Source: Chiloscyllium plagiosum
Lineage: Eukaryota
DNA: 46,353 bases
Reading direction: 5' to 3'
Assembly: GCF_004010195.1 (NCBI RefSeq)
Contig: NC_057719.1
Coordinates: 2,159,267 to 2,205,619 of the forward strand
Shown here: in pieces, positions 36,617-46,353 of the stretch
Layout of the letters: every line of letters begins with the position of its first letter
Numbering within the stretch: the stretch's first letter is position 1
Program-made: the position numbers and the translations under genes
The notes under the pieces: generated by a model
Told to the model about the DNA's origin: nothing
Database searches by the model: none
The model's input: the letters and a program-made list of their open reading frames with translations, nothing else

Positions 36617-36739
36617 GAGAAAGTGAGGGCTGCAGATGCTGGAGATCAGGGCTGAAAATGTGTTGCTGGAAAAGCGCAGCAGGTCAGGCAGCATCCAAGG
36701 AGCAGGAGAATCGACGTTTCGGGCATAAGCCTTTCTTCA
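36617..36739 (-). mobile_element. Family A PLE-terminus element with hammerhead core
   Basis: 17-bp TSD GGTGATGAGCCCCTGAG at 36600-36616 and 36740-36756. Minus strand CTGAAGA-AAGGCTTATGCCC-GAAA-CGTC. Confidence 0.9.
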
Positions 36740-36965
36740 GGTGATGAGCCCCTGAGCCCACCTAAGACAGTACCTGGAGTCCAGCCACTCTTAACATGTG
36801 AAATGGCTGAAATAATTTATTGCTGTTCTCTGAATGACTGACTGTGTGTCTGTATAGGCCCTCAGAGACCACTGCATATGTTCAGCAACTTCCATCTTGG
36901 TGCACCAGAATGGCACCCTAACAGCCACTGGAACTCTCAAACCCTTACTGCTTTTCTTCAGGAGT

Positions 36966-37142
36966 TCTTTTTAACTTGTTCATGGGATGAGGGCATCACT
37001 GGCTAGACCAGCATTTATTGCCCATCCCTAATTACCCAGCAGGCAATTGAGAGTCAACCACATTGCTGTGGGGTCTGGAGTCACGTGTAGGCCAGACCAC
37101 GTAAGGATGGCAAGTTCCTTCCCTAAAGGACATTAGTGAACT
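36966..37142 (-). mobile_element. Dispersed SINE-like repeat (further copies about 38070-38370 and 44660-45700)
   Basis: Shared CATCACTGGCTAG.CCA.CATTT and CCTAAAGGACATTAGTGAA blocks. The 38070 copy ends in a reverse B-box (GGGATTTGAACC). Family not identified. Confidence 0.6.
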
Positions 37143-37734
37143 AAGACTTATTGGTCAAAAATGTTGTTTAAATCTCTGCAGAGAGCTATCCATTTTTGCC
37201 TCCTTTACCATGAGGGTGTGGGGAGTGGGGCGTGTGTATTGGGTTGTTTAGAAATATAAGCATTAAGTTTGAATTATAAAAATATTGGTCAGTTTCGCAT
37301 CTTTGTGGAATAAGGTTTTTGATTTTCAGTATGTTTATTTAATAAACCTGGTGGTTGCAATGTTTTATTTGGATTGGAATGTACAGAAAGCATTGGTCAT
37401 TTCTGGACTGGGTACAACAATTACATTGATATTAAGATGCGTGGAATAATGGGACAAGGGAAAGTCCTTCCATCTCAGTCATAACAGCTATTAGGGAGGA
37501 AGTTCCTGGATTTTGACCCAATGGAGATGAGGAAATGTTAGTGACATTTTCAAGTTAAAGTGGTGTTTTGTTTAGAGGGAATATGCCACTGCTGATGTTC
37601 AGGTAAACCAAATGTCATCCTCTTTCTAGACACTAGAGGCATTTATTTTGAGAGTTGCTGCTAAATGTTCCAAATGAAAGACCAGTGTTTAAAGCCAGCG
37701 CTCCAGTCAGTTCCTGCTGATTGTTATTGTCACT

Positions 37735-38950
37735 CACTAACAAGTATGATCACTCACCTAGGAATCTCCTTGTCACTGGTCAGGGGTTCCACGGATCCTT
37801 GTGGCTGATGAGCCCAATCCTACAGGCACATCTCCCATCCCACTCGGCAGGTTTTTCCGGGAGATGGGATTGAGATTGTGGGCATTCCTTTCTGCAATTC
37901 CTTTTCCATACTTGCTCTTGCTGATGGATGTTCTCCCTTCATTCAGGAGCTACCTTCCAGTCGGTTTCTTCTGAATGATTGTGTCGAGCGCGTTGATACC
38001 GACGTTGCATTTCTTGAGGGAAAACTTCAAGCAATCTTTGAAAGCTTCCTTTGTCGTCCTCCAGTTCTCTTTTTTTATATTTGTTAATGGGATGTGGGTT
38101 TTGCTGACTAAACCATCTCGAGCGGGCATTTAAGAGTCAATCACTTTGCTGTGGGAATGGAGAAGGCCAGCAGATTCCTACCTTAAAGGACATTAGTGAA
38201 ACGTATGAGTTTTTCCTGACAGTCGGCATTGCTTTCATGGTTTTCATTAGACCTTTAAATTCCAGGTTTGTACTGGATTCAAATTTCACCATATGCCATG
38301 GTGGGATTTGAACCAGGGTCCGCAGGATATTGCCTGGGTCTCTGGATTAATAGTCTAGTGATAGTACCGTTATACCCAATGCCTGGAGTGCTTTTCTTGA
38401 GCTGACTCAAGATGATTTGCTTTTTTAAGTTGTAACTCTGGCATCCCAAATGCGTGGCTGGCCCAGTGGAGTTGGTTTAGGGTGGCATCGCTGCTGGTGC
38501 TGTGGGCTGCTTCAAGGACACTGATGTTAGGATGCCTGTCTTTCCAGCTGATCTGGAGAATCCGTCTCAAACAGTGTCAGTTGTAGCTCTCTGTGGACTT
38601 GAGGTGACGATGAATCTGATGAAGAGTCATCCAGACTCGAAATGTTAGCTTGGTGTCTGTCCATGGATGCTGCCTGACCCCACTGTGATCTTCAACCTTT
38701 GTTGTTTTCAGTACAGATTCCAGCATCTGCAGTAACTTGCTGCTCCAAGACAGCTTCCTCCCCCTTTCCACTGCCGTCCAGTTGAGTATTCTGAATGATG
38801 GTGAGTGCCAGATCCATCGGCATGATTCAGACTTCCACACGGGAAATTGACTCAGCTCAGTCATGCACCTGCTGATTGATGTTGGAAGTGTAAGACATCC
38901 TGCTCGGGGAAGACTTTGGATTCCTCTTCCCTCTTACTGAAGCATCCAGT
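37735..38950 (-). mobile_element. Decayed RTE-clade LINE relic with nested insertions
   Basis: Minus-strand RRILQISWKDRHPNISVLE...QLHWASH..GMPE is typical of the RTE ORF C-terminus. Confidence 0.6.
38613..38742 (+). mobile_element. Family B PLE-terminus element with hammerhead core
   Basis: CTGATGA(38616)-A-GAGTC-ATCCA-GACTC-GAAA-TGTT, followed by the GATGCTGCCTGACC...TTCCAGCATCTGCAGT tail. Confidence 0.78.
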
Positions 38951-39649
38951 TGTTCTGCAGCTAACCCTGCTTTTTTAACAAAAACGTGAAATCCCAGTTT
39001 ACCATCTCATTACAGCAAGACAGAGAGGAAAGCTTTAGAGAGAGAGATTTATCCTTTTCTAATGCTATGATACTTTTCTCCGTGCTGTTTCATTCTCGTT
39101 TTCACAACCTCTGTGATCCAAAAATGCTTTATGATCATTGGAGTGCTTTTATGTTCAGTGTGCCGATGGTTTCACCATACCCTTGTTTCCTGTGATTTCT
39201 AGTTGGTGATGGTTCTGGTCAATTGTTGAAGATGTCTTGGTGAATTGTTACACTGAATACTGTGGTTAGTACACGCGCTAACTACACGTGATGACCTGAG
39301 GAGTCTTATGACAGTTTCTTTGGAGAGTTCAGGCATGTGCAATAGCCATTGGATAAGACCCTGGCAGTGACCTGCTAATTCTGCAACACAATCACAGACA
39401 AAAGGAGTGGGACAGCAATGTGGTCCCATCATCTTCATCAGGTGCAGTGGGCTCTTGATGAACCCATCCCATTGCCAGAAGGTTCCTGGGGATGGCAACA
39501 TGTTTACATTCCTGAGCCCCTTTAATGTTTTTATGTAGTGTTTTCTGTTCCTCTGGTTTGAATTGCTGGATAAGTCATTGGATAGGCTTTGGGACGAGGA
39601 ATTGTGGAACAATTAATTTTATCTGGACTTTGTGATGTTCCCAGGACAA

Positions 39650-39942
39650 GGGTGGCACAGTGGTTAGCACTGCTGCCTCACAGCGCCAGAGACCCGGGTT
39701 CAATTCCCACCTCAGGTGACTCTCTGTGTGGAGTTTGCACATTCTCCCCGTGTCTGCGTGGGTTTCCTCCGGGTGCTCCAGTTTCCTCCCACAGTCCAAA
39801 AATGTGCAGGTTAGCTGAATTGGCCATGGTAAATTGCCCGTAGTGTTAGGTGTAGGGGAATGGGTCTGGGTTGGTTGCGGGTCGGTGTGGACTCGTTGGG
39901 CCGAAGGGCCAGTTTCCACACTGTAAGTAATCTAATCTAATC
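39650..39942 (+). mobile_element. V-SINE (HE1-like)
   Basis: Full head and V-domain; (TAATC)3 tail. Confidence 0.9.
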
Positions 39943-40170
39943 TTAAGTTGTTTGTGAGCTGATAAATCGCCTGTTGCAAATTGAGCTCTGAATCCAGCTC
40001 ACAACCATTGAGCCCGGCATTACAAATTCAAACAGGCTCAGAGGGTTAAATCGGAAAGCTGTCAAATTTCCATAACCCAGTTCGATGAACTCCAAAGCAA
40101 TGGGATATAATATTAAAATTAGAGCTGACCCATCAGTATTGAAAGCAGAGGGGACAGTTACTACACCACA

Positions 40171-41066
40171 AGACAGCACAAAGGTTGGAGGTGTCGTTGA
40201 CTGTATAGAGGGCTGTTGTAGGCTGCAGCGTGACATTGACAGGATGCAGAGATGGGCTGAGAGGTGGCAGATGGACTTCAACCTGGATAAATGCGAAGTG
40301 ATGCATTCTGGAAGGTCGAACTTGAAAATTGAGTACAGGATTAAAGACCAGGATTCTTGGCAGTGTGGTGAAACAGCGGGATCTTGGTGTGCAGGATATA
40401 GATCCCTTTAAATTGCCACCCAGGTGGACAGGGTTATTAAGAAAGCATATGGTGTTTTGGCTTTCATTAACAGGGGGATTGAGTTTAAGAGTCGTGAGAT
40501 CTTGTTGCAGCTCTATAAAACTTTGGTTAGACCGCACTTGGAATACTGCGTCCAGTTCTGGTCGCCCTATTATAGGAAAGATGTGGATGCTTTGGAGAGG
40601 GTTCAGAGGAGGTTTACCAGGATGCTGCCTGGAATGGAGGGCTTATCTTACGAAGAGAGGTTGACTGAGCTCGAACTTTTTTCATTGGAGAAAAGGAGGA
40701 GGAGAGGGGACCTAATTGAGGTATACTAGATAATGAGAGGCATAGATAGAGTTGATAGCCAGAGACTTTTTCCCAGGGCAGAAATTGTTAACACGAGGGG
40801 TCATAGTTTTAAGCTGTTTGGCGGAAAGTATGGAGGGGATGTCAGAGGCGGGTTCTTTACGCAGAGAGTTGTGAGAGCATGGAATGCGTTGCCAGCAGCA
40901 GTTGTGGAAGCAAGGTCATTGGGGATATTTAAGAGACTGCTGGACGTGCATATGGTCGCAGAAATTTGAGGGTTGGTACATTAGGTTTACCTCACATTAG
41001 GATCAATGGTCGGCACAACATCGTGGGCTGAAGGGCCTGTTCTGTGCTGTACTGTTCTATGTTCTA
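40171..41066 (+). mobile_element. Relatively young 5'-truncated CR1 LINE
   Basis: DSTKVGG...WQMDFNLDKCEVMH, LVRPHLEYCVQFWSPYYRKD and FFTQRVVRAWNALP; few disruptions; (TGTTCTA)2 tail. Confidence 0.93.
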
Positions 41067-42825
41067 AGTGGTGGGAGACTGTCATGTTGCAGTCCCAGCC
41101 CACTGTGAGCTTGTGTCTGAGGTGGAGAGCTGCTCTCACTCCTCTATTCCGATGCTTTTAAATCAACCAGTTTGCACTTGCTATATAACACCTTCAGCAA
41201 GGGGGAGACTTAAACCCGGACCTTTACAGCTAATCCTTCCCCCTCGGTCAGTTTTAAAATCAACTTCTGTTGAGACGTGCTATGGGACTTCAGCCTGGAC
41301 CTTCTGACCTAGAGGTAGGGGCATTACCACAGCAGCCACCCTCCCCTTTTCTGTGCTGAGTTTAAGGGGTCAGTCTAAATCGCAGCAGAGAGGCATTTGT
41401 CTTAACAACAAGTTTCGGTTTATTGTACGATAGGAACAGGGAAGAAATTGAGTTGGTTAGTGAGACAGAATCCCAGAGATTCTCAGGAGCTGGAGATGAC
41501 ATGTCTGATAACTGCTTGTCACTCAGCCTTTGGGTGGAAGTCATCAGATTCTTCAGAACGTAAAACAACTTCAACATAAATTCTGTCAGAGCCAGTACCT
41601 TCTACAACAGGAATCTGGAGTACTCTTGCTGGGCAACATTGTGGATATTGGAATTATTTTGAGCTTTCAAGGCAGAGATCAGCAGATTTTAGTTGGCTAT
41701 GAAGTAGCAGGAAACAATGGCAGGGATAGTGAAGTGGGCTCAACGATTAGCCATGATCTCATTGACTGGCCGGACAGGCATGAGAGGCTGAGAGAAGTCC
41801 TTCTGCTCCAGTACTGTACTCAGGCTGAGCTAGCAGCTGGTTCAGTTATGGTGCATTTCTTAAAAGCAGAGACATGGATTTGAGAGCAGCTTAAAGAATG
41901 TGATATTGAATGTACCATCCCTGTGGGACTATTTCCACTTCCTGAGTTTAACCCCCTCTTGACCTTAGGGTTAACAGCCAGTGCTGCAGTGTGTTAGCTG
42001 TCACCCCCAAATACTCCATTCTCCGAATTCGGAAGTCTAAGTGTCCTATAAGGCTAAAGAGCTTGTTGTTACGATGGCATTGTCAGATCCTTCTGCATTC
42101 TGTGCTGTTGTTGGACAGAGCACAGGTAACTTGGACTTCCCCTGGAGTCTCAGCCTGGTTTTTATGTTTTCAGTATTTAGAGCCTGCCCTGAAACCACAA
42201 AGGCATTTTCTGTCATAACCTCTGCCCTTCCTAAATTACTTTACGGCCAACTAAGTTCACAGTTTTGAAGTGTAGACCATTGTTGTAACTTAGAGAAAAG
42301 TGGCAGCCATTTTGTACATAAGCTCCCTCAGCCAGCAAGGTAGTGATTTTAGATGTTTGTGGATGAATTGTAGAAACAGGTAACAGCAGAGTCAACTTCA
42401 TACCGTCTCATAAAGGTGTTTCGAAATTTGTGTCATGCAAAAGCACGATACAGTGGATGCTGGAAATGCTCAGCAGAATCTGTTGAGTGCTAAACAGTTA
42501 ACATTTTAGCCAACTGCCTATCTTTAGAATCGGCTGACTATTTCCAGCATTTTCTGCTTTCTGTTTGTATAATATAGCTCATCTTTATTTAGCACAACCT
42601 CTTTGTCTGGGCTTGATGCAAACAGTATATGCGCCCACATTCCTGTGACACCATCTTCTCGTAATTTCAGATAGCTACTTGCCAACGAGCGGTTCTGAAG
42701 GCCAGGAAGCAAACTTACTGCCTTCCTAAGTGAAAGTCCAGCCTCTATTCTCTTGTCCAAAGGACCAAAGTCAGCCATTAATCTCAACTGAAGATTTTGT
42801 CTTCTCCTCTTCTGTCTTTGTCACT

Positions 42826-42996
42826 GTCAGAAGTCACACGGCACCAGGTTGTCGTCCAACAAGTTTATTTGAAATGGCAAGCTTTCGAAGCAGAGCTCCA
42901 AAACATTGTGATTTCAAAAAAAAACCTGTTGAACTATAACCTGGTGTCACGACTTCTGACTTTGTCCAGCCCAGTCCAACACCGGCACCTCCACAC
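42826..42996. mobile_element. Fold-back element (family C variant), centre collapsed
   Basis: Arms GTCAGAAGTC...CACCAGGTT / AACCTGGTGTCACGACTTCTGAC; 12-bp TSD CTTTGTCACTGT at 42816-42827 and 42997-43008. Confidence 0.8.
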
Positions 42997-43079
42997 CTTT
43001 GTCACTGTGATACCTCAGCCCACCTTCAATAATACCTATTGGTAAATCTGTATCAGTAGGATCTTTCCTGATTGTGAAC

Positions 43080-43312
43080 TGAAACCTAGAAACTGCTAGA
43101 GAAACTCGACAGGTCTGACCGCAGTTGCGGGGAGAGAGAAACTGTTAACATTTCGAGTCCAGAGACTCTGCTTTGAAACTCCACAGTTCTGAAAAAGTGA
43201 ATTTGGACCCAAAACGTTAATTCTGTTTCTGTTGCCACAGATGTTGCCAGACCTGCTGAGTTTCGCCAGCACTTTGTTTTAATTTCAGACCTCTAGCATC
43301 TGCAGGATTTTG
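43080..43312. mobile_element. Old fold-back family B-like element
   Basis: GAAACTCGACAGGTCTG...TTAACATTTCGAGTCCA is inverted relative to TGGACCCAAAACGTTAA...CAGACCTGCTGAGTTTC. Confidence 0.65.
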
Positions 43313-44247
43313 TTTTGAGTTCGTTGTTTATGTGCTGTAAATATCCTTACTTTAGCCTTCCTGCCAGCAGTATGACAAAACAGCTGTAACTCGATGCTTT
43401 TACCTTTTAAACTACAGAACCAAACATTGGTAATATATTAATTATTTTCCTTGCCCTCTGAATAGTTGGAACATTGGTTGGAAAGATATTAATGTAGAAT
43501 TTGCAGCAGAGAACCAGCTCAGTTATCAGTGTTTCTGGTCCAGACAAACCGTTTCCACCTTCCTTGATTTCCTTTTCTCCCTCATTCTCAGCCAGCTTTC
43601 CTTTAAATACCGATTTGCCCATGTGGTAGCTTTTGTTCAGGCAGCGTATTTGGGAGTTTTGGCAGAATTGCGAGTGTTTTTGGGTGAAATGTGAATAGAA
43701 CACCTTCAGCCTGAGCCCGGATTTCCAGTAGGAATCCTTCAGCTGGAATCTGCACATCTCCGTGACGTGGAGCTACACAATGACTCTGATCCCTGCGAGG
43801 CATCCAAAAATAACTTTTCCCCGGAATAACGGTGGGACAGTTGTGGTTTCAATCATTGCCAGCAATAAAAATAGCTGCCTGCTGGCCTGTGACAATGGAT
43901 GAGTAACTTTGCACCAGATAGCCCCTGCTTCTCTCCCCACCTCTGGCAAGCATCCAGTCTGTAAACCGGAGGGATGGTGTGTTGTTGCAGTAAGGCACAC
44001 GGTCAGGTCGTGCACGAGGAAGCCATGTGGTCCATTGTGCCTGTACTGGCTCTTTGAAAGAGTAATCCAATTATTCCCCTTTCCTTAATCCTTTTTCCAG
44101 AATTTATCCAATTTTCTTCAATGCTGTTGAACCTTTCACCGTGTGCATCCCAGATCATCAATAAAGCAGCAATTCACAAATTCTGTCTCTTCTGGTCACC
44201 AACGCTTCCAACTCATAACTGTCTGACATTAGCCTCGTGGTCTTATA

Positions 44248-44431
44248 CAGGTCGTTCTGCTATAACGTGACAGTTGTGTCCCTCTGCAACCTCATGCTAT
44301 AGAAATTCTCGCTATGGAAAACCACTGTAACCGTTCAGTGAGTTTGCGTTATTCAAACAGCGTTCACAATTTGTCAATCACTTTATAGCCAATTTGCGTT
44401 GATGAAATGTGCATTATACCAGAACGACCTG
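44248..44431. mobile_element. 184-bp MITE, Tc1/mariner (pogo/Tigger-like)
   Basis: TIRs CAGGTCGTTCTG(C/G)TATAA(C/T)G at both ends; TA duplication at 44246-44247 and 44432-44433; no ORF. Confidence 0.85.
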
Positions 44432-44454
44432 TAGCTAGACTGTTAATCCGGAGA

Positions 44455-44590
44455 TAAAAAGGGTAAAAACAATGACTGCAGATGCTGGAAACCAGATTCT
44501 GGATCAGTGGTGCTGGAAGAGCACAGCAATTCAGGCAGCATCCGAGGACAGGCAAAATCGACGTTTCGGGCAAAAGCCCTTCATCAGGAT
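44455..44590 (-). mobile_element. Family A PLE-terminus element with intact hammerhead core
   Basis: 14-bp TSD TGTTAATCCGGAGA at 44441-44454 and 44591-44604. Minus strand CTGATGA-AGGGCTTTTGCCC-GAAA-CGTC. Confidence 0.9.
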
Positions 44591-44774
44591 TGTTAATCCG
44601 GAGAGGCAGTCAATGTTCTGAGGTCCTGGGTTTGAATCCCACCACAGAATAGTTTTTTTAAAATATTTGTTCACAGATGTAGACATCACTGGCTAGGCCA
44701 ACATTTTTTTTACCATTCGCTAGTTACCCAAGCGGCAGTGGGTCTGTAGTCAATGTCAGCCAGACCAGCAAAGG

Positions 44775-45565
44775 ATAGACAAGCAGGAGGCTGGAAGAAC
44801 ACAGCAAGCCAGGCAGCATCAAAAGGGGGAGAAGATAACGTTTCAGGTGTAACCCTTCTTCAGGACTGGGGGTGGATGTAAAGGGAGCTGCAGATAAAGG
44901 GAGTGGGGGNNNNNNNNNNNGGGAGTGGGGGTGAGGGAGGGTTTTGGGTAGGGAGAGGGGTAGAGTGATGAGGTGGGGATAGGAACACAAGTAGAGGGTA
45001 CAGCATGGTTGCTCGATGAGAGGAATGAATTGGCCTCCTCCATTGCCACGACATTCACCACCCGTTTTAATTCCTCTTCCCACTCCTTTTCCGACAAGAC
45101 CATCCTCTGCCTCCTCCATTGCCACAGCGAATCAGACTGCAGATTGGAGGAACAGCTCATCTTCCGCCCGGGCAGCCTACAGCCTGGAGGACTCAACTCT
45201 CCAATTTCAAATAACCTCCTTTCCCATCCCCCGACTCCCTTCCCAGTCCCTCCCTTGCAGTCCTCTGACCGACCCTTCATTCCAGCTGCCATCCGGAGTC
45301 ATTCCTCCCATCGGCCAACCAGTTCGTACCCTCCAGCTGTATTCACATATCCCCCACCTCACTACCCCGACCCTCTCCCCACCCATTACCCTTTCCTCCC
45401 CTTCCCCTCCTTTATCTGCAGCTCCCCCTTACACCCACCCCCAGTCCTGAAGAAGAGTTACACTTGAAACATTGACTCCTGCACCTCCTGATGCTGCCTG
45501 GCTTGCTGTGTTCTCCCAGCCTTCTGCTTGTCTTCCTTGGATTCCAGCATCTGTGTTTGTTTTTG
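44775..45565. mobile_element. PLE 3' fragment with inverted terminal arm
   Basis: 44777-44905 is the reverse complement of about 45405-45533. The + strand carries RLEEQ.LIFR.GSLQP.GLN (PLE C-terminus). Hammerhead-like units at 44835-44865 (-) and 45444-45476 (+, decayed). Confidence 0.82.
44910..44920. other. Assembly gap (11 N)
   Basis: Run of n within a G-rich inverted repeat. Confidence 0.99.
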
Positions 45566-45704
45566 TCTCAAGCCAGGTAAGGATGGCAGTTTCCTTCCCT
45601 AAAGGACATTAGTGAACCAGATGGGTTTCTACAACAACCAAGAATGCATTCATGGTCATCATTAGACTCTTAATTCCAGATTTTTACAGAATTCACAATC
45701 CACC

Positions 45705-46353
45705 AGGCCTTGGAGGGAGGTGAGGGGGGAGGTGTGGGCACAAGTTTTGCATTTCTTGCGGTTGCAGGGGAAAGTGCCGGGAGTGGAGGTTGGGTTGGTG
45801 GGGGGTGTGGACCTGACGAGGGAGTCGCGGAGGGAGTGGTCTCTCCTGAATGCTGATAGGGGTGGAGAGGGAAATATATCCCTGGTGGTGGGGTCTGTCT
45901 GGAGGTGGCAGAAATGACAGAGGATCATACGATGTACCCGGAGGTTGGTGTGGTGGAAGGTGAGGACCAGTCGGGTTCTGTCCTGGTGGCAATTGGAGGG
46001 GCGGGGTTCAAGGGCGGAGGTGCAGGAAGTGGAGGAGATGTGGTGGAGAGCATCGTCGACCACGTCGGAGGGGAAATTGCGGTCTTTGAAGAAGGAGGCC
46101 ATTTGAGTTGTTTGGTATTGGAATTGGGCCTCCACCTCCTGCACCTCCGCCCTTGAACCCCGCCAGAACTCCCGACAGACCCCACCACCAGGGATATATT
46201 TCCCTCTCCACCCCTATCAGCATTCAGGAGAGACCACTCCCTCCGCGACTCCCTCGTCAAGTCCACACCCCCCACCAACCCAACTTCCACTCCCGGCACC
46301 TTCCCCTGCTACCGTAAGAAGTGCAAAACTTGCGCCCACACCTCCCCCCTCAC
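45705..46353. mobile_element. PLE internal fragment present as an inverted duplication (runs off the window)
   Basis: Minus-strand peptide MASFFKDRNFP...LVLTFHH..LQTDPTTRDIFPSPPLSAFRRDHSLRDSLVRS...GTFPCNRKKCKTC. 45719-45900 is the reverse complement of 46173-46353. Confidence 0.85.

Noticed and set aside
7247..38157. Scattered TGTGGGAA CSL-like motifs (7247, 32824, 38150)
   Set aside because: Frequency is compatible with chance and some lie within repeats.

Overview
Repeat-dense vertebrate genomic DNA, very probably from a shark or ray, judged from HE1-type V-SINEs, CR1/HER1-like LINEs and Deu-domain SINE relics. The window lies inside a + strand Jagged/Serrate-family Notch-ligand gene. Only two coding exons are visible: 9547-9801 (255 bp; end of the C2/MNNL domain plus the whole DSL domain) and 14836-14896 (61 bp; first part of EGF1). 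They match the sizes and phases of human JAG1 exons 4 and 5. The rest is intron, filled with decayed CR1, Rex-Babar-like, RTE-like and Penelope-like (PLE) retroelements, SINEs and one Tc1/mariner-type MITE. The most notable non-coding signal is a population of at least 15 short PLE-terminus-derived insertions from about four sequence families. Most are bounded by 8-17 bp target-site duplications, many fold back as palindromes, and many carry a minimal hammerhead-ribozyme core (CUGANGA-stem II-GAAA-NUH). Several cores are intact, a few of them in the sense of the Jagged pre-mRNA. Almost all other ORF-track entries are repeat-derived or spurious. Everything was read by eye, so repeat boundaries are approximate and family names are recalled, not searched.
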